The notes: generated by a model not told the origin, from the letters alone. Positions 37,112 to 50,320 are shown, numbered from the whole stretch's first letter. The stretch is 63,310 nucleotides of DNA, filler included, from Octopus bimaculoides (GCF_001194135.2; 3 parts of 3 records of this genome joined end to end with filler, not necessarily neighbours in it); one strand, 5' to 3'. Program-made: numbers and translations.

Positions 37112-38492
37112 CACGTGCAGCAATATTAAAGGGAGGCTAACTGAGAAGATAGTTTTTGTATGTGGTAAATGCTCAGGTGCTATAAACACAGAAAATGTGC
37201 AGAGAATAGCTTCTGCCACATTCCAGGGAGAAAAATTAGAAGTAGTTAATAGCTTCCATTACCTAGAGAGCAAGTCAGTAGCAGGGGTGGATGTTCTGAA
37301 AGTGTAGCTGCTAGAATAAAAATAGCCTGGGCAAAGTTCAGAGAGCTCTTACCCCTGCTGGTGACAAAGGGCCTCTCACTCAGAGTAAAAGGCAGACTGT
37401 ATAACGCATGTGTACGAACAGCCATGCTACATGGCAGTGAAACATGGGCCGTGACTGCTGAGGACATGCTTAAGCTCGCAAGAAATGAAGCCAGTATGCT
37501 CCGATGGATGTGTAATGTCAGTGTGCATACTAGACAGAGTGTAAGTACCTTGAGAGAAAAGTTGGACCCAAGAAGCATCAGTTGTGTTGTGCAAGAGAGA
37601 TGATTGCGCTGGTATGGACATGTGGTGAGAATGGATGAGGATAGCTGCGTGAAAAAGTGCCACACCCTAGCGGTTGAAGGAACCCGTGGAAGAGGCAGGC
37701 CTAGGAAGACCTGGGATGAGGTGGTGAGGCATGACCTCCGAACATTAGGCCTCACTGAGGCAATGACTTGTGACTGTGACCTTTGGAAATATGCTGTGCA
37801 TGAGAAGACCCGGCAGGCCAAGTGAGACCAAAATCCAAGGCCTCTGCCAGGGATGTAGCCAGCCCACTTACGCATAACATTCCTTTATTGGACACTAAAC
37901 TCGGCTTGCGAAGACCTGTTGAGGCAAGCTAAAGCGAAATCATGATGGCACTTGTGCCAGTGGAGCACTAAGAGCACCGTCCGAGCGTGATCATTGCCAG
38001 AGCAGCTGTCTGGCTTCCATACTGGAGGCACATAAATATCACGAGCGTGATCGTTATCAACGTCGCCTTCCTGACACTTGTGCCAGTGGCATGTGAAAAG
38101 TCATTTGAGCGAGATTGTTGCCAGTGCCGATGGACTGGCTCCTGTGCAGATGACACATAAAATACACCATTTCAAGCGTGGCCATGGATCGTTACCAACG
38201 TTGCCTTCCTGGCATGTGAAAAGACATTCGAGCAAGATCGTTGCCAGTGCCCCTGGACTGGCCCTTGTGCAGGTGGCACGTAAAATACACCATTTCGAGC
38301 GTGGCCATTGCCAGTACCTGCCTGACTACACTCTCGGAGTGGTTGGCGTTAGGAAGGGCATCCAGCTGTAGAAACTCTGCTAAATCAGATTGGAGCCTGG
38401 TGTTGCCTCCTGGTCCACCAGTCCTCAGTCAAATCGTCCAACCCATGCTAGCATAGAAAGCGGAAGTTAAACGACGATGATGATGATGATGA
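37112..38492 (+). mobile_element. RTE-clade LINE, 5'-truncated, with long 3' UTR and (GAT)n tail
   Basis: KGLSLRVKGRLYNACVRTAMLHGSETW...RWYGHVVRMDEDSCVKKC...GRGRPRKTW. Same family as 45819-46940 and 53900-56480. Confidence 0.9.
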
Positions 38493-38493
38493 C

Positions 38494-38581
38494 GGTCCCG
38501 TACGAATCAAAGAGAGATAGGGGGAGAGAGAAATACTGATGCATAGAGAGTGAGGCAGAGGGAGAGAGAGAGAGAGGGAGA

Positions 38582-38612
<31 letters not shown>

Positions 38613-39235
38613 GTACAGGCAACAGTACATCACGCGGGAATAAAGATTCTTTGGGTATTTCTAGAACAAAGTTGAATGAAGACAGCAGTGCCTAAATCGT
38701 GAGTTTGAAAGCTTAAATCGGTAAACATATTTGAGTGAGAATTAAATAGTAGTTTCTAAGGAGAGAGAGAGAGAATTTAGACAGGTTTAGGGTTACAGGA
38801 GCGATAACTTTAAGAAAGTAAAGAAAAAGCGATAACTTGAATGAGGTAAAGCAATAAATAAATAAGCATGAATTTAAGACAAAGCAGAGAACGAGTGATG
38901 TTTACATGGAAAGAAACATATTGATAATAGAGAACGGATGGGGGGGGGGGCGTGAAAGATATGGATATGGATATGCTAGATTAAAAAATAGTTCTTAGCT
39001 GGTCATATTGAGAGTTTGGTCGTAATTCTGTCAGTAGAGAGATTTGTTGGCGATTTGGATAAGGTCGGAAATTGAACTGATTTATATAGAGTAGGGTCAC
39101 GTACGAATTGAAGAGAGATAGGGGGAGAGAGAAATACTGATGCATAGAGAGTGAGGCAGAGAGAGAGGGGGTACAGGCAACAGTACATAATGCGGCAATA
39201 AAGATTCTTTGGGTATTTCTAGAACAAAGTTGAAT
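38494..39235. repeat. Direct repeat pair (38494-38677 and 39095-39235), period ~600 bp
   Basis: ggtc(c/a)cgtacgaat..agagagatagggggagagagaaatactgatgcatagagagtgaggcagag...aaagattctttgggtatttctagaacaaagttgaat is present twice. Confidence 0.85.
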
Positions 39236-39249
39236 AGTATTACTATTAA

Positions 39250-40406
39250 ACAACAAAATATACTTATGCTATATTTCTGTCATGAAACTGTCCAAAGCAC
39301 CCTTTATACAAGGGCACTTTGCAAAATGAATACATAAATGAGGTCTCGACCTGATATCCTTTTGCAATTTTTCTTTTTTGCAGCGAACACGGTATACAAA
39401 CATTTTTCCTTCCATTTATTTTTTCCACTTTATGGAAGTAGATATTTTCTCTGTTGACATCCACCTCAGTTAATTTTGCTTTTCTCCCAGTTCTGTGTCT
39501 TTCAGAAAGCACAGAACTCACATAACTGAGATGTGATGTCAATCCGAAATTTCAAATGGTCATAGTCATTTAGTAGCGGAGGTACCTTGTGGCTATTTTA
39601 CATAAACAATATATGAATTCACTAAAGTTAGACATAATGCTGGAGATATATGGATCACCATACCTTATATCAGGATTCCAGTAGTTTCACAGTTGAGGAA
39701 GCTGCTTGATACCAAACATAATGTCTATAGCAAAAAAAAGCTCACATTTCCACATTATCAGTTGGTTGCCATAGTGGATCAGGTCTTCCACAAATAGAAA
39801 CTATGCATTGAGCATATTTGTTTCCTTCATAACTGTTTCAAAAAACTTTACAGTAAAAATAAAAATAAATAGTTCAATGGTTGAGCATCGGGTGGTAGAC
39901 TATATTGTGGACTAGTCTTTTCTGTGAAATCAGGAATTGTGGTTGATGTAGTAATCTTCAACCATGTTGCCATAATGTTTTCAATATCATTTTCATCACT
40001 TTCATTATCAAAATCTTCCTCATCGAAGATTCATAAATGTCAATATGATTTGTCTGAAGACAAATCACTGTTGTTTTCATTTATGTTTTGTACAGCATCA
40101 AGAGTAAAACTTTCAAAGTCAGAATCGCTACCTGCTGATGCCATATCATTAAAAATTAAGATATACACTTCTCTTCAAATGTTGAAAAAAACCACGAAGT
40201 CTCAAGACTTGCACCATATTTTTACTTGAATAAAGGCAGGAAAGGCTTTATCTCACAGTATTGAATTCTCGTAGCTTTGAGATAATGTGATTTGTTTACT
40301 TTTTTAGCAATTTTGTAGAGGAATTAGATACGGCTGGATTTGGCTGGTTCAAACACATAAGGGGAATCATTTTCGGCTGGTTTTGGCCAGTCTAAACATA
40401 AAAGGG
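39250..40406 (-). mobile_element. piggyBac-like transposon remnant, internally deleted
   Basis: Acidic N-terminus SDSDFESF...; GIKQLPQL..YW; C-terminal Cys-rich domain CIPCS...ETSFMYSFCKVPLYKGCFGQFH (39264-39542). The end reads TTAG|CCCTTT on the minus strand. Confidence 0.8.
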
Positions 40407-40662
40407 CTAAATTACTGAGTAATCCAACCCATACATATGAGATCCATGCACACATAGCAGTACTGTCCTAAAGCTGTACATTTAATCAAGCCATGAATGG
40501 TTTAATTTTATTAAATACAATATAGTAGGATACTCAATCAGGACATCAAATCAGGCAACAAAGTAAGGTAAAAGTAGAAATGAAAATAAACACACATAAC
40601 AATAATGAATAAGTAAATAAACAAGGGTGCTAAAATAATCAAAATAATAGCTAAGAACTAAC

Positions 40663-41671
40663 CTCCGATTAGCACTTCTTCTGGTTTACCATCCTCAAAC
40701 TTATAACTATCACTTGGAACTATAATCATGGGTTCTGTGGGACCAAATTTCTTAGATGCAATTTCTGCTGGTTTATCATTGGTTGGTTCATCATTCTCCA
40801 AAAGAAACTCTGTCATACACATGCTTGGAGACAAACTACCATTATGCAAGGAATCAGTTACAAGTTCTTTAACAACCCTAATTCCATTATTTCTTGACCT
40901 ATTTTTAACACCAGCATGTTCGGAGGAATCTTCTGTTAACACATCATTCATTTCAGAAGGTTGCATAACAGTTGTAGTGTTCCAATTTTCTGGTGGTACT
41001 GTTTTATCAGGATCTACTGGAGAAAAGGGATTTGGAAGACAATTTTCTTTCACATAAATTTTTTGTTTCCTTCTACTTTCTTTCATTAATCTACGAGACT
41101 GATTTTTAGATGTACTGACCTTCAGGGCATTTTGACTGACTATCTGAAATGGAGACAGATTTCTCACAGTTATTCTCTTTTTAGGTTTTGGAGAGTTTGT
41201 TGATAAATCAGATTCTGTTTGATTCTCCTCAATTATTGGAGAAGCTATTAGAAAAGATGACATATCTGGAGTCTTAGAAGAAACTAGTTTTTTTTTTGAG
41301 GTAAATGCTAAAGAAACTGGTCTTGTAACCTCCTGTTTGGGACTAGGCTCTAAGCCATCTTCTTCCAAATTAGTTTGACAAAGATTATTAATGTTTTCAG
41401 TGTTTTTTACTGAATTTGAATATGCACAAATGTATAACATCTGATCATCTAAATCTTTATTTTTATTGTCAGTAGAATTACAACCTGATCCATAACTACA
41501 GTCAGAAAATAAGAAACTTTCAGGACACAGAGTCTCCTTTGAGAATAAAGAAACTTTTTCAACAGTTTTCTCTCCAACGGTTTGAACATTTGAGTCTAGA
41601 ACAAAGTTTTTGCCATATTCCTGGTTACTGCAGTTGCTGTCAACAGCTTGCAAAAATTTGTCACACTCTTC
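40663..41671 (-). CDS. Large internal exon (1009 bp) of an unidentified host gene encoding a Ser/Lys/Glu-rich, probably disordered region
   Basis: Uninterrupted ~336-codon frame, the longest N-free ORF in the window, with no TE motifs. Acceptor tttttttcttggttttag|GAA GAG TGT (phase 0) and donor GGA G|gttagt (phase 1). Confidence 0.8.
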
Positions 41672-42030
41672 CTAAAACCAAGAAAAAAAGGGGATAGATT
41701 TTGATACAATTTACAACTGACCATGTAGTTTCATTGAAAGCTAATACAAAATGAATGATAGTGCCCCTTTTAACAAAATAGTCTTTTTTTCAACCAATTG
41801 TTCACAATCTAATTCTTTTAACCGACAATTCACAATCAAATTCTCTTTCAACTAATACTTCAATCAACAGTTCAGTCTAATCACCTTTCATCCAGCAGTT
41901 AGTCTATGTCTAACTCTCTTTAAACCAGCAGTTCAATCTAACTCTCATTCAACAAGCAGTTCAGTTTAACCCCTTCAACCATCACTGTCTTACTACCTTT
42001 TAATCAATAGTTTATAGTCCAATTCTTTAA

Positions 42031-44300
42031 CTCTTTCGATACCAACCTGGCCGAAGCCAGCTGAGCATACCCATTGTTATTTAAATGTGAATTTGAACAC
42101 AAATCTCATTAGTACATTCATGAAAACACGTGATTTCACTGTGTAAATAGTGGAGTTATAGTATCCAACATTGTTTGACGTGATATCTTAACTCAGTGAA
42201 TTTTGGGAGATTTTTTCCACATTTTTTCTGCATCGATATTTTTTTAACTTTGAAAATGGATAGGAGTTTCGTGCTATCAAGCAGTGATTCCAAATTTGAG
42301 GGTTTTTCAATGGAAGATAAGAAGATATCGAGAAAAAGAATGAGTGAAGTACAGAAGCATGTGGTGTTTGAGATAAGGGCATTGTTTGCCATAAATATTA
42401 TTATGGGTATAAGACAATTATCCAGGATTACAAATTACTGGAGCAATCAGGAACCTTTCGTAGATAAGTATGTTTCCAGTATTATGTCATGAATACGATT
42501 CGCGAAATTGAACCAGTATTTACATGTGAGAGACAGTAGCAGTACCCTAGTGTGTGGAGAACCAAACTTTGATCCCTTATTTAAAATAAGACCCCTCATT
42601 GACTGTGCTCAAAATGCATATAAAACACTTTACAACCCTGACAGATACTTATCCGTCAATGAGGGCATGGTGGAGTATAAAGGAAGGGTATACTTCTGAC
42701 AGTATATGCCCAGAAAGTCCACAAAGTTGGGTATCAAAGTTTGGAAAATTTGTGAAGCAAATACTGGGTACTGCTGTGGGTTTAGTTTTTATACTGGGAA
42801 AAGAGACAACTACATTAGTCATCATGGCCTAGGGTACAATGAGGTCTGGAATTTATCACTTCCATACCACAACCAGGGCTGTATATTATTTATGTTTTGA
42901 CTGATTTTTTAGTCTGGTCAAACGTGTGGTGGATTTAGAAGCTGTGACAACATATACGTGTGCTACAGTAATTGCAATAGAAAAAGGCTGCTGTTGGATA
43001 TAAAAAAGCAAAACTAAAAAAAAGAGGTGAAATAATCCAACGGTAGAAAGGAAATCTGCTAGTGACCACATACAAAGTTAAGAGGCAGATAAATTTTCTA
43101 GCTACCGGTGCACAACCATGTATAGATGAAAACTGCACCCCATTTGTGAACCTCAATTATAACAGGTACATGGGAAGTGTGGATCAGCTGAACCAAATGA
43201 TGTGTTATTATCTGGTTGGTAGACTGGGTAATAAATTGTGGCAATACCTGGTTTGGTATATAGTAAACATGAGCATTGTAAATGCGTTTATAGTATATAC
43301 CAAATCAAGAGGGATTTGCAAATGGTGCAACCAATCTGTGGTTCTGAGCAGATGTAGCAATGCAGTTGAGGGCAGGTTATTTCTCCCCCAAAAATAAATA
43401 ATTGCAGGAAGGAAAAGCAAAACCTGCCAGAGAAATATCCCTCTGAGTTCAGCTCATCTTCATAAATTAGAAAAAAAATCGGGGGTTGCAAATGGCAGTG
43501 CTGTGAATGTCTACATCAACAAAGAAAAACTCCCAGTGGACGACCAGTTGAAACTTCTTTCCAATGTGCATTCTGCAAGGTTGCGGTATGTAGAGTGGGA
43601 TGTTTTACAAGTTTCCATGATAAAAATATTGTGTGGTTATTTTATATATGTATGAATAGATTGTATAAATATTTTCAAATTTACTTCATTTTTACTTTTT
43701 ATTTACTTATAATTTTAATTTACTTATAATTTTGATTTACCTGTAATTTTAATTTGCCTGTAAGGTGAGTGACAAATTTTGATTTAATTTCTGTCGTAAA
43801 TCTTTATTATCAATGTTCTTGTGTATTCATGTATGTGTGTGAGTATATTTCATTTAGTTGATGTATTTAATTTTCTAGTTTTCTTCAAAATAAATTCCAT
43901 TATTTCATTTTATTTTACCTGTTCTTATGTGCATTAAATTCAACTGATAATCTAGTGATGTGCACAATTCTTCCATATTAAAATTTTGTTGCATACTTAA
44001 TTGAATATTAGCTGATGACTCATTTTCTATGGTGATGTTTAAACAAAATTTTAATATTTTTTATATTTTGCTCAGTTTACCTGTATTTACCTGTAATTAG
44101 AGTTGCTTTGAGATAAAAGTTATGCAATAGACTTGATTAAGAATCTTTTCTTCAATTGTGTTCCAAATATCACATTATTATGTTGATAAGTAAAGAAGTT
44201 ACAGTTGTTTAATGAAACTAGTCTAAATTCATGATTATTTTAGAATTTAATTGAAATTCAATCGGGGTGTATTTTGGTCAGAAATATAGTAACAAAAGGG
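42031..44300 (+). mobile_element. piggyBac-like transposon, near full length, pseudogenised transposase
   Basis: TTAA|CTCTTTCGATACC ... GTAACAAAAGGG|TTAG. Motifs MGIRQL..ITNYWS, FDPLFKIRPLID, LSVNEGMVEYKGR, MPRKSTKLGIKVW, YNRYMGSVDQLNQM and a C-terminal Cys-rich domain (~43490-43620). Many frameshifts. Confidence 0.9.
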
Positions 44301-45818
44301 TTAGATTAACAGCTCACAATCAAACTCTCTTTCAGTCGACATCTTACAGTTCAATACCTTTTCAAGTGACAGTTCACAATCTAACTCTTTCTGCAAACAG
44401 GTTACAGTCTAACTCACAAAACACAAAAGTTCAAAGCCAAACTCCCTTTCAACAAAATTTCAACAACAGCTCATGCTAACTTTCAACCATTCAAAGGATA
44501 ACTTTCTTTCAACCAATAGTTTTCAGTCCAAAACTTTTCAACTAACAGTTCACAATCTAACTATTTCAACCCATAAATAACAATTTAATTTAATTTCAAC
44601 TAACTGTTCACAATGTAATTGCCTTTCAAACAATGCTTCTTTATCTAATCAGCTTTCAACTGAGTCGAAAGTCTAATTATCTCCCAATCAACAGTTCACC
44701 GTCAAATTCCTTTTCAACCAACAGTTCAGAATTGAACTCACTTTCAACATCCGTTTAATTCCATGTCAACAAGCAGTTTACAGCCTATTTACCTTTTAAC
44801 TAACAGTTCAATGCTTAAATCTCTTGTAACCAACATTTCACACTCTCACTCTTTTTCAACCAACAGTTCATAATCTAATAATCTTTCCATCAACAGTTCA
44901 CAGTTTAATTCTATTTTGATTAACAGTTCTCAATCTCTTTTCAGCCAATACTTCACAGCCAAATTCCCTTTCTACCATAGCTCAGTATCACTACCTTTCA
45001 ACCAATTGTTCACAATCAAATTCTCTTTCAACCAACAGTTCAGTCTAACTCCCTTTCAGTCAACAGTTCAAAATATAACTGTCTTTCAGTTTCCAGTTTA
45101 ATTTCCTTTCCATCAAGTCTACAACCAAATTCTTTTTCAATCACAGCTCAAAATCCAACTACCTGTCAACTAATCGTTCACAATTTATCTCCCTTTTCAA
45201 CCAACATTTCACAGTAAAACTTTCTTGCAACCAACAGAACAGTCTAACTCTCTTGCAACCAACAGTTCACTGCCTGATTCCATTTCAGTCTAATTCTCTT
45301 ACAACCACCACTTCACCATCTAACTTGCTTTCAACCAACAGTTCATACTCTAAATTTCAACCACAAATCAGACTGCCTTTCAATTAACAGTCCACAATCA
45401 AACTCCTTTTCAAGCAACAGCTCACAGTCTAACTACATTTCAACCAGCATTTTGTAGTCTAACTTTTTCAACCAACACTTAAAAGTCCAACCCATTGAAC
45501 CAATAGTCCATGACCTACCTCCTTTCAACCAATAGTTCACAGTCTAACCACCTTACCACCAACAATTCAGTCTAACTCACCTTCTACTAACATTTCATTG
45601 TCTCACTAAAGTTCAACTAACGGTACACAATCTATCTCTTTTTTAACCAATAGTACACAATCCAACTCTCTTTCAATTAAAACTTCACAATCTAACCCTC
45701 AACAGTTTACAGTCTATCTTTTACCCAACATTTCAAAACCTAACACACTTTCAACTAACAGTTCCCAATTAAACTCTCTTATAATCAAAATTCTACATCC
45801 TAACTAAATTCCAGCCTA

Positions 45819-46940
45819 CATCATCATCATCATCATCGTTTAACGTCCGCTTTCCATGCTAGCATGGGTTGGATGATTTGACTGAGGACTGGTGAACCAG
45901 ATGGCTACACCAGGCTCCAATCTGATTTGGCAGTTTCTACAGCTGGATGCCCTTCCTAATGCCAACCACTCCGAGAGTGTAGTGGGTGCTTTTACATGCC
46001 ACCGGCAAGAAGGCCAGTCCAGCGGCACTGGCAACGACCTTGCTCGAATGTCTTTACACGTTCCACCGGCACAAGTGCCAGGAAGGCGATGCTGGGCACA
46101 GGTGCCATCACGATTTCGCTTGCCCCAATAGGTCTTTGCAAGCCGAGTTTAGTGTCCAATGAAGGAGACAACGTTGGCATGGGTGCCAGTCGTCGAATTT
46201 AGTTTGATTTCACTTGCCTCAACAGGTCTTTGCAAGCGGAGTCCAATGAAGAAAGGTACGCATAAGTGGGCTGGCTACATCCCTGGCAGAGGCCTTGGAT
46301 TTAGGTCTCATTTGGCTTGCCGGGTCTTCTCACGCATAGCATATTTCCAAAGGTCTCGGTCAGAAGTCATTGCCTCGGTGAGGCCTAATGTTCGAAGGTC
46401 GTGCCTCACGACCTCATCCCAGGTCTTCCTGGGCCTACCTCTTCCACAGGTTCCCTCAACTGCTAGGGTGTGGCACTTTTTCACACAACTATCCTCATCC
46501 ATTCTCGCCACATGACCATACCAGAGCAATCGTCTCTCTTGCACAACACAACTGATGCTTCTTAGGTTCAACTTTTCTTTCAAGGTACTTACACTCTGTC
46601 TAGTATGCACACTAACATTACATATCCATCGGAACATACTGGCTTCATTCCTTGCGAGCCTACGCATGTCTTCAGCAGTCATGGCCCATGTTTCACTGCC
46701 ATGTAGCATGGCTGTTCGTACACATGCGTCATACAGTCTGCCTTTTACTCTGAGTGAGAGGCCCCTTGTCACCAGCAGAGGTAAGAGCTCTCTGAACTTT
46801 GCCCAGGCTATTCTTATTCTAGCAGCTACACTTTCAGCGCACCCTCCCCCACAACTAACTTGATTACCTAGATAGCAGAAGCTATCAACTAAGTCTAGTT
46901 TTTCTTCCTGGAACGTGGCCAAAGTTGTTTTCTGCACATT
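45819..46940 (-). mobile_element. RTE-clade LINE, 5'-truncated, inserted in the 30-bp satellite
   Basis: ORF 46308-47000 (FCYLG...ARIRIAWAKFRELLPLL...GSETW...GRGRPRKTW); (CAT)n tail at 45819. Confidence 0.92.
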
Positions 46941-47961
46941 TAACCTTCTCATAATCAACAGTTTAATCAAGAGTTTGTAACCTAAATTCTTTTCACCCAA
47001 AGGTTAAGTCTAATTGTCTTTCTGAGTTTAACCCTTTCAACTAACACTCCACAGTTTAACTCTCTTTCTACTAATGGTTCATAATCCAACTACCTTTTGG
47101 CTAATAGAATACAGACAATTTTTTTTCTAGTCAACAATTCAGTTTGCCATTCACCCACTGGAGCACAGTTTAATTCTTTTGCAATCATAAGTTCACACCC
47201 AATTCCTTTCCAACCATTATTTCCTGGTCTAACTCTCTTTCAACCAACAGTTCACAGCCTTCCAATTTTTCAGCCAACAGTTCACAGTCTAATTCCATTA
47301 TTTCATTTTCAGCAACAGTTATCAGTCTAATCCTTTCAAACAACAGTTCAGTCTAACTCCTTTGCAACCAATAGTTCACAGTTTAACTATCCTTCCACCA
47401 ACAGATAACAGTCTAACTTTGTTTCAGACAACAATTCTCCATTTCACTCTCTTCAGCCAACTGTTCAAAATCTGAATCCTTTTCAACTCACAGTCTAATT
47501 ACTAACACTTCACAGTCTAACTTTCTTTCATCCAACAGCTCAAAGTAAACTTTTTCAACCAGTTCACAATTCAATTCATTCAACTGAAAGTTCAGTGTAA
47601 CTCTCATTCAACTAACGTTTCATAGAGGAACTACCTTTCAATCCCATTGCAATGAATACTTCATTATCTAATTCTTTCTCAATCAAAATCTAAATCTCTT
47701 TCAACAAATACTTCAGCATAACTACATTTCTAGGAACAGATCACAGTCTAACTCATTTGGAACCAACAGACCAAACAGTAATTCTGTTTCAACCATTAAT
47801 TCAACCTTTCAATGAAAAGTTCAGTCTAAAATTCTTTCAAACCACAAACACAATACAACTCTATTTCAACCAAGATTTCACTGTCTGATTCCCTTTCATC
47901 AACAATGCACAATCAACCAAATTTCAACCAACAGTTTACAATCCAACTATCTTTCAATTAA

Positions 47962-48175
47962 CCTTTTTGATACCAACCTGCCTGAGAGTGTCCCTGGTTG
48001 TATGATACAAATTTCCTGTTTTAAAGAGATCTAGATTAAAACCATCCATTAAAATTTCATATTAATTGTTCCAAACACCAGCTTAATAATGACAAAGTTA
48101 TTTTACTAAATTCTCCATTATTTTCAGGATTGAGTGAAACAGAAGGTAATGTATTTAACTATGGTAACTAATGCA
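47962..48175 (+). mobile_element. piggyBac-derived MITE (~215 bp)
   Basis: TTAA|CCTTTTTGATACCAACC start shared with 42031. The 3' end gtattt...atggtaac resembles 44265-44300. TTAA occurs on both flanks. Confidence 0.7.
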
Positions 48176-50235
48176 TTAAACATTCACTAATAATTTACAA
48201 TCAAACTCACAATCAACAGTTCAAAGTCTATCTTTCATTTGATAATCCACAGACCAGTTACTTTCCAACCAATATTTCAGTATAACTACCTTACAATGAG
48301 CAGTTCAGAGTTTATCTTTCCTTTTAACAGTTCACAATTACACTTGTATTCAACCAATATTCCAGTCTAAGGGTCACACTCTAATGCTCTTTCAACCAAC
48401 AGTTCATCATCTAACTCAAATTCAGCCAAAAGTTTACAGTCTAATTTTTTTTCAACCAGCACTTCACAGTAAAATTTGTTTTTAACTAACAGTTTATTAA
48501 CTCTTTTGACAAATAGTTCCCAAAGTAAATTACTTTTAATCAATAGTTCACAATCTAACTCCCTTTTACCCAACTGTTCAATGTAATTCCTTTTTAACCA
48601 ATATTCCACAGACTAATTCCTTTTCATGCTACAGTTCACTGTCTAACCTCGTTTCATGCACAGTTCACAGTCTCGTTCTCTTTCAACTAACACTTCACAG
48701 TCAAACTTTCTTTCCACCAATACACCAATGGTTCAGAGAACATGAACTTTTATCCAACAGTTCACATTCTAATTCCCTCTTATCCAATGCTTCAAAGTCT
48801 AACTCAGTTTCAACTAACAGTTTAGTGTAACTACTTTATAATGAATTGTTTAGAGTCTTTCTTTGAATAAACAGTTCACAATGACACTTTCAACCTACAA
48901 GTTGCAACCTAAAAGCTCTTTCAACTAACAGTTCATTGTGTAGCACAAACTGAACCAAAAGTTCACAGCCTAACTTACTTTCATCCAATAGTTCACAGAC
49001 TAATTCCTTTTCAACCTACAGTTCATAATTTAAATTTTTTTTAACTAACAGTTCAAAGTCTAACTCTCTTCCGCTGTTTAACTCCCTTTTACCCAACATT
49101 TTAGTCTAATTCATTTTCAACCAACAGTTCAGTCTAACCAACATTTAACTCCTTCTCTACTAACAGTCCAGTCTAATCTTTTCAACCAATAAGTCACTCT
49201 TTAACTACTTTTCAATCAACATTTCACAGTCTAATTCTTTTTCAACCAACTGTTAACAGTCTAGCTTTGAATCAATTCATAACCTAATTTTTTCCAGTCA
49301 ATAGTTCAACTCTAATCCTTTTGACCAACAGTTCCCAAACTAACTTTCAAGAACTAGCTGAACACTTTAACTCTATTACAATGAAGTGCCCAGCAGTCTA
49401 ACTCCTATTTCAACCAACTGTGATCTTAAATATAAGCTAGACAGTTTTATTTAAATTTAAATAGCTGCACACATTACTGGACCAACTGTATTTTACATCC
49501 TGATACAACTCCCCTAATCACAACCACATAGACTACAAAATGATATACAAATTGATTGACTCTGGGATAACAATATTCTGTCAGTGACAAGAATTGAAAT
49601 CACAATCTTTGAGTTAAAATTCTATTCATTGAGTGAATAGGAAGGGATCAGTTACATTAAAATCACCATTGCTTAATTGGACCTGAATCAATATAACATG
49701 GTGATAAAATGATTGATCTTCTACTAAAACACACAGGAAGGATTCTAAAATACTTTTGAAACGACAACTCTTTGGCTATATACATTACATGGGTTCTCCT
49801 GACTCATTATTATACAAACAAAATGGTTCATACAATGCTTTGGAATATCATAATGCATGGGACTATGTGGGAGCTTCTACACTGTCAATCAACTTGCTAC
49901 AAATAGTGGGAAAATCACTTTCAAATCATACCCTACTGAAAAAAAAAAAAAAAAAAGGAAGGAGAAAATGGATAGTGTAGTTTTAGATATACTGTCTGAA
50001 TAAAAGATGGACAATCATAGTTGGAATGCCTTGATCAGGACTGACCTGGCTTTAAACAAACAGCTATTAATAAACTCAATAAAATGCTTTCATTAATATG
50101 TCCCCTTTAAGCTACCACAGCTTCACTTCCAATTGGGGTAACACTCATTTGTGGTAATGACTAATAAAGATCAATTACAAAGGTTAAATCAGAACATTAG
50201 CAAATCATTATTACAAATAGAAGAAAAGAAGTTAC

Positions 50236-50320
50236 CTGTGAACTGACAACCTTCCTCTGTAAGGATTTCAATTTTAAATAATTACGTTTTTCATCATCAA
50301 GGCTCTGCTTAGTGGAAGAA
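50236..50320 (-). CDS. Host gene exon (85 bp, phase 2 to 0): SSTKQSLDDEKRNYLKLKSLQRKVVSSQ
   Basis: Acceptor ttttctattgtcttcttcag| and donor CAG|gtaact. The frame is open and phase-compatible with exon 41671. Confidence 0.7.

Larger units (their letters stand above)
41785..49420. repeat. Degenerate ~28-31-bp tandem repeat (consensus ~TTCAACCAACAGTTCACAGTCTAACTCTCT), split into four blocks by insertions
   Basis: Blocks at 41785-42030, 44305-45818, 46941-47957 and 48180-49420. The motif TTCAAC(C/T)AACAGTTCA recurs throughout and the + strand is strongly G-poor. Confidence 0.9.

Noticed and set aside
42031-44300. Domesticated piggyBac (PGBD-type) gene or fusion with the host gene
   Set aside because: It has multiple frameshifts and stops, and is antisense to the host gene.
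41785-49420. CRISPR-like array
   Set aside because: The units are degenerate tandem repeats with no unique spacers, there are no cas genes, and the context is eukaryotic.
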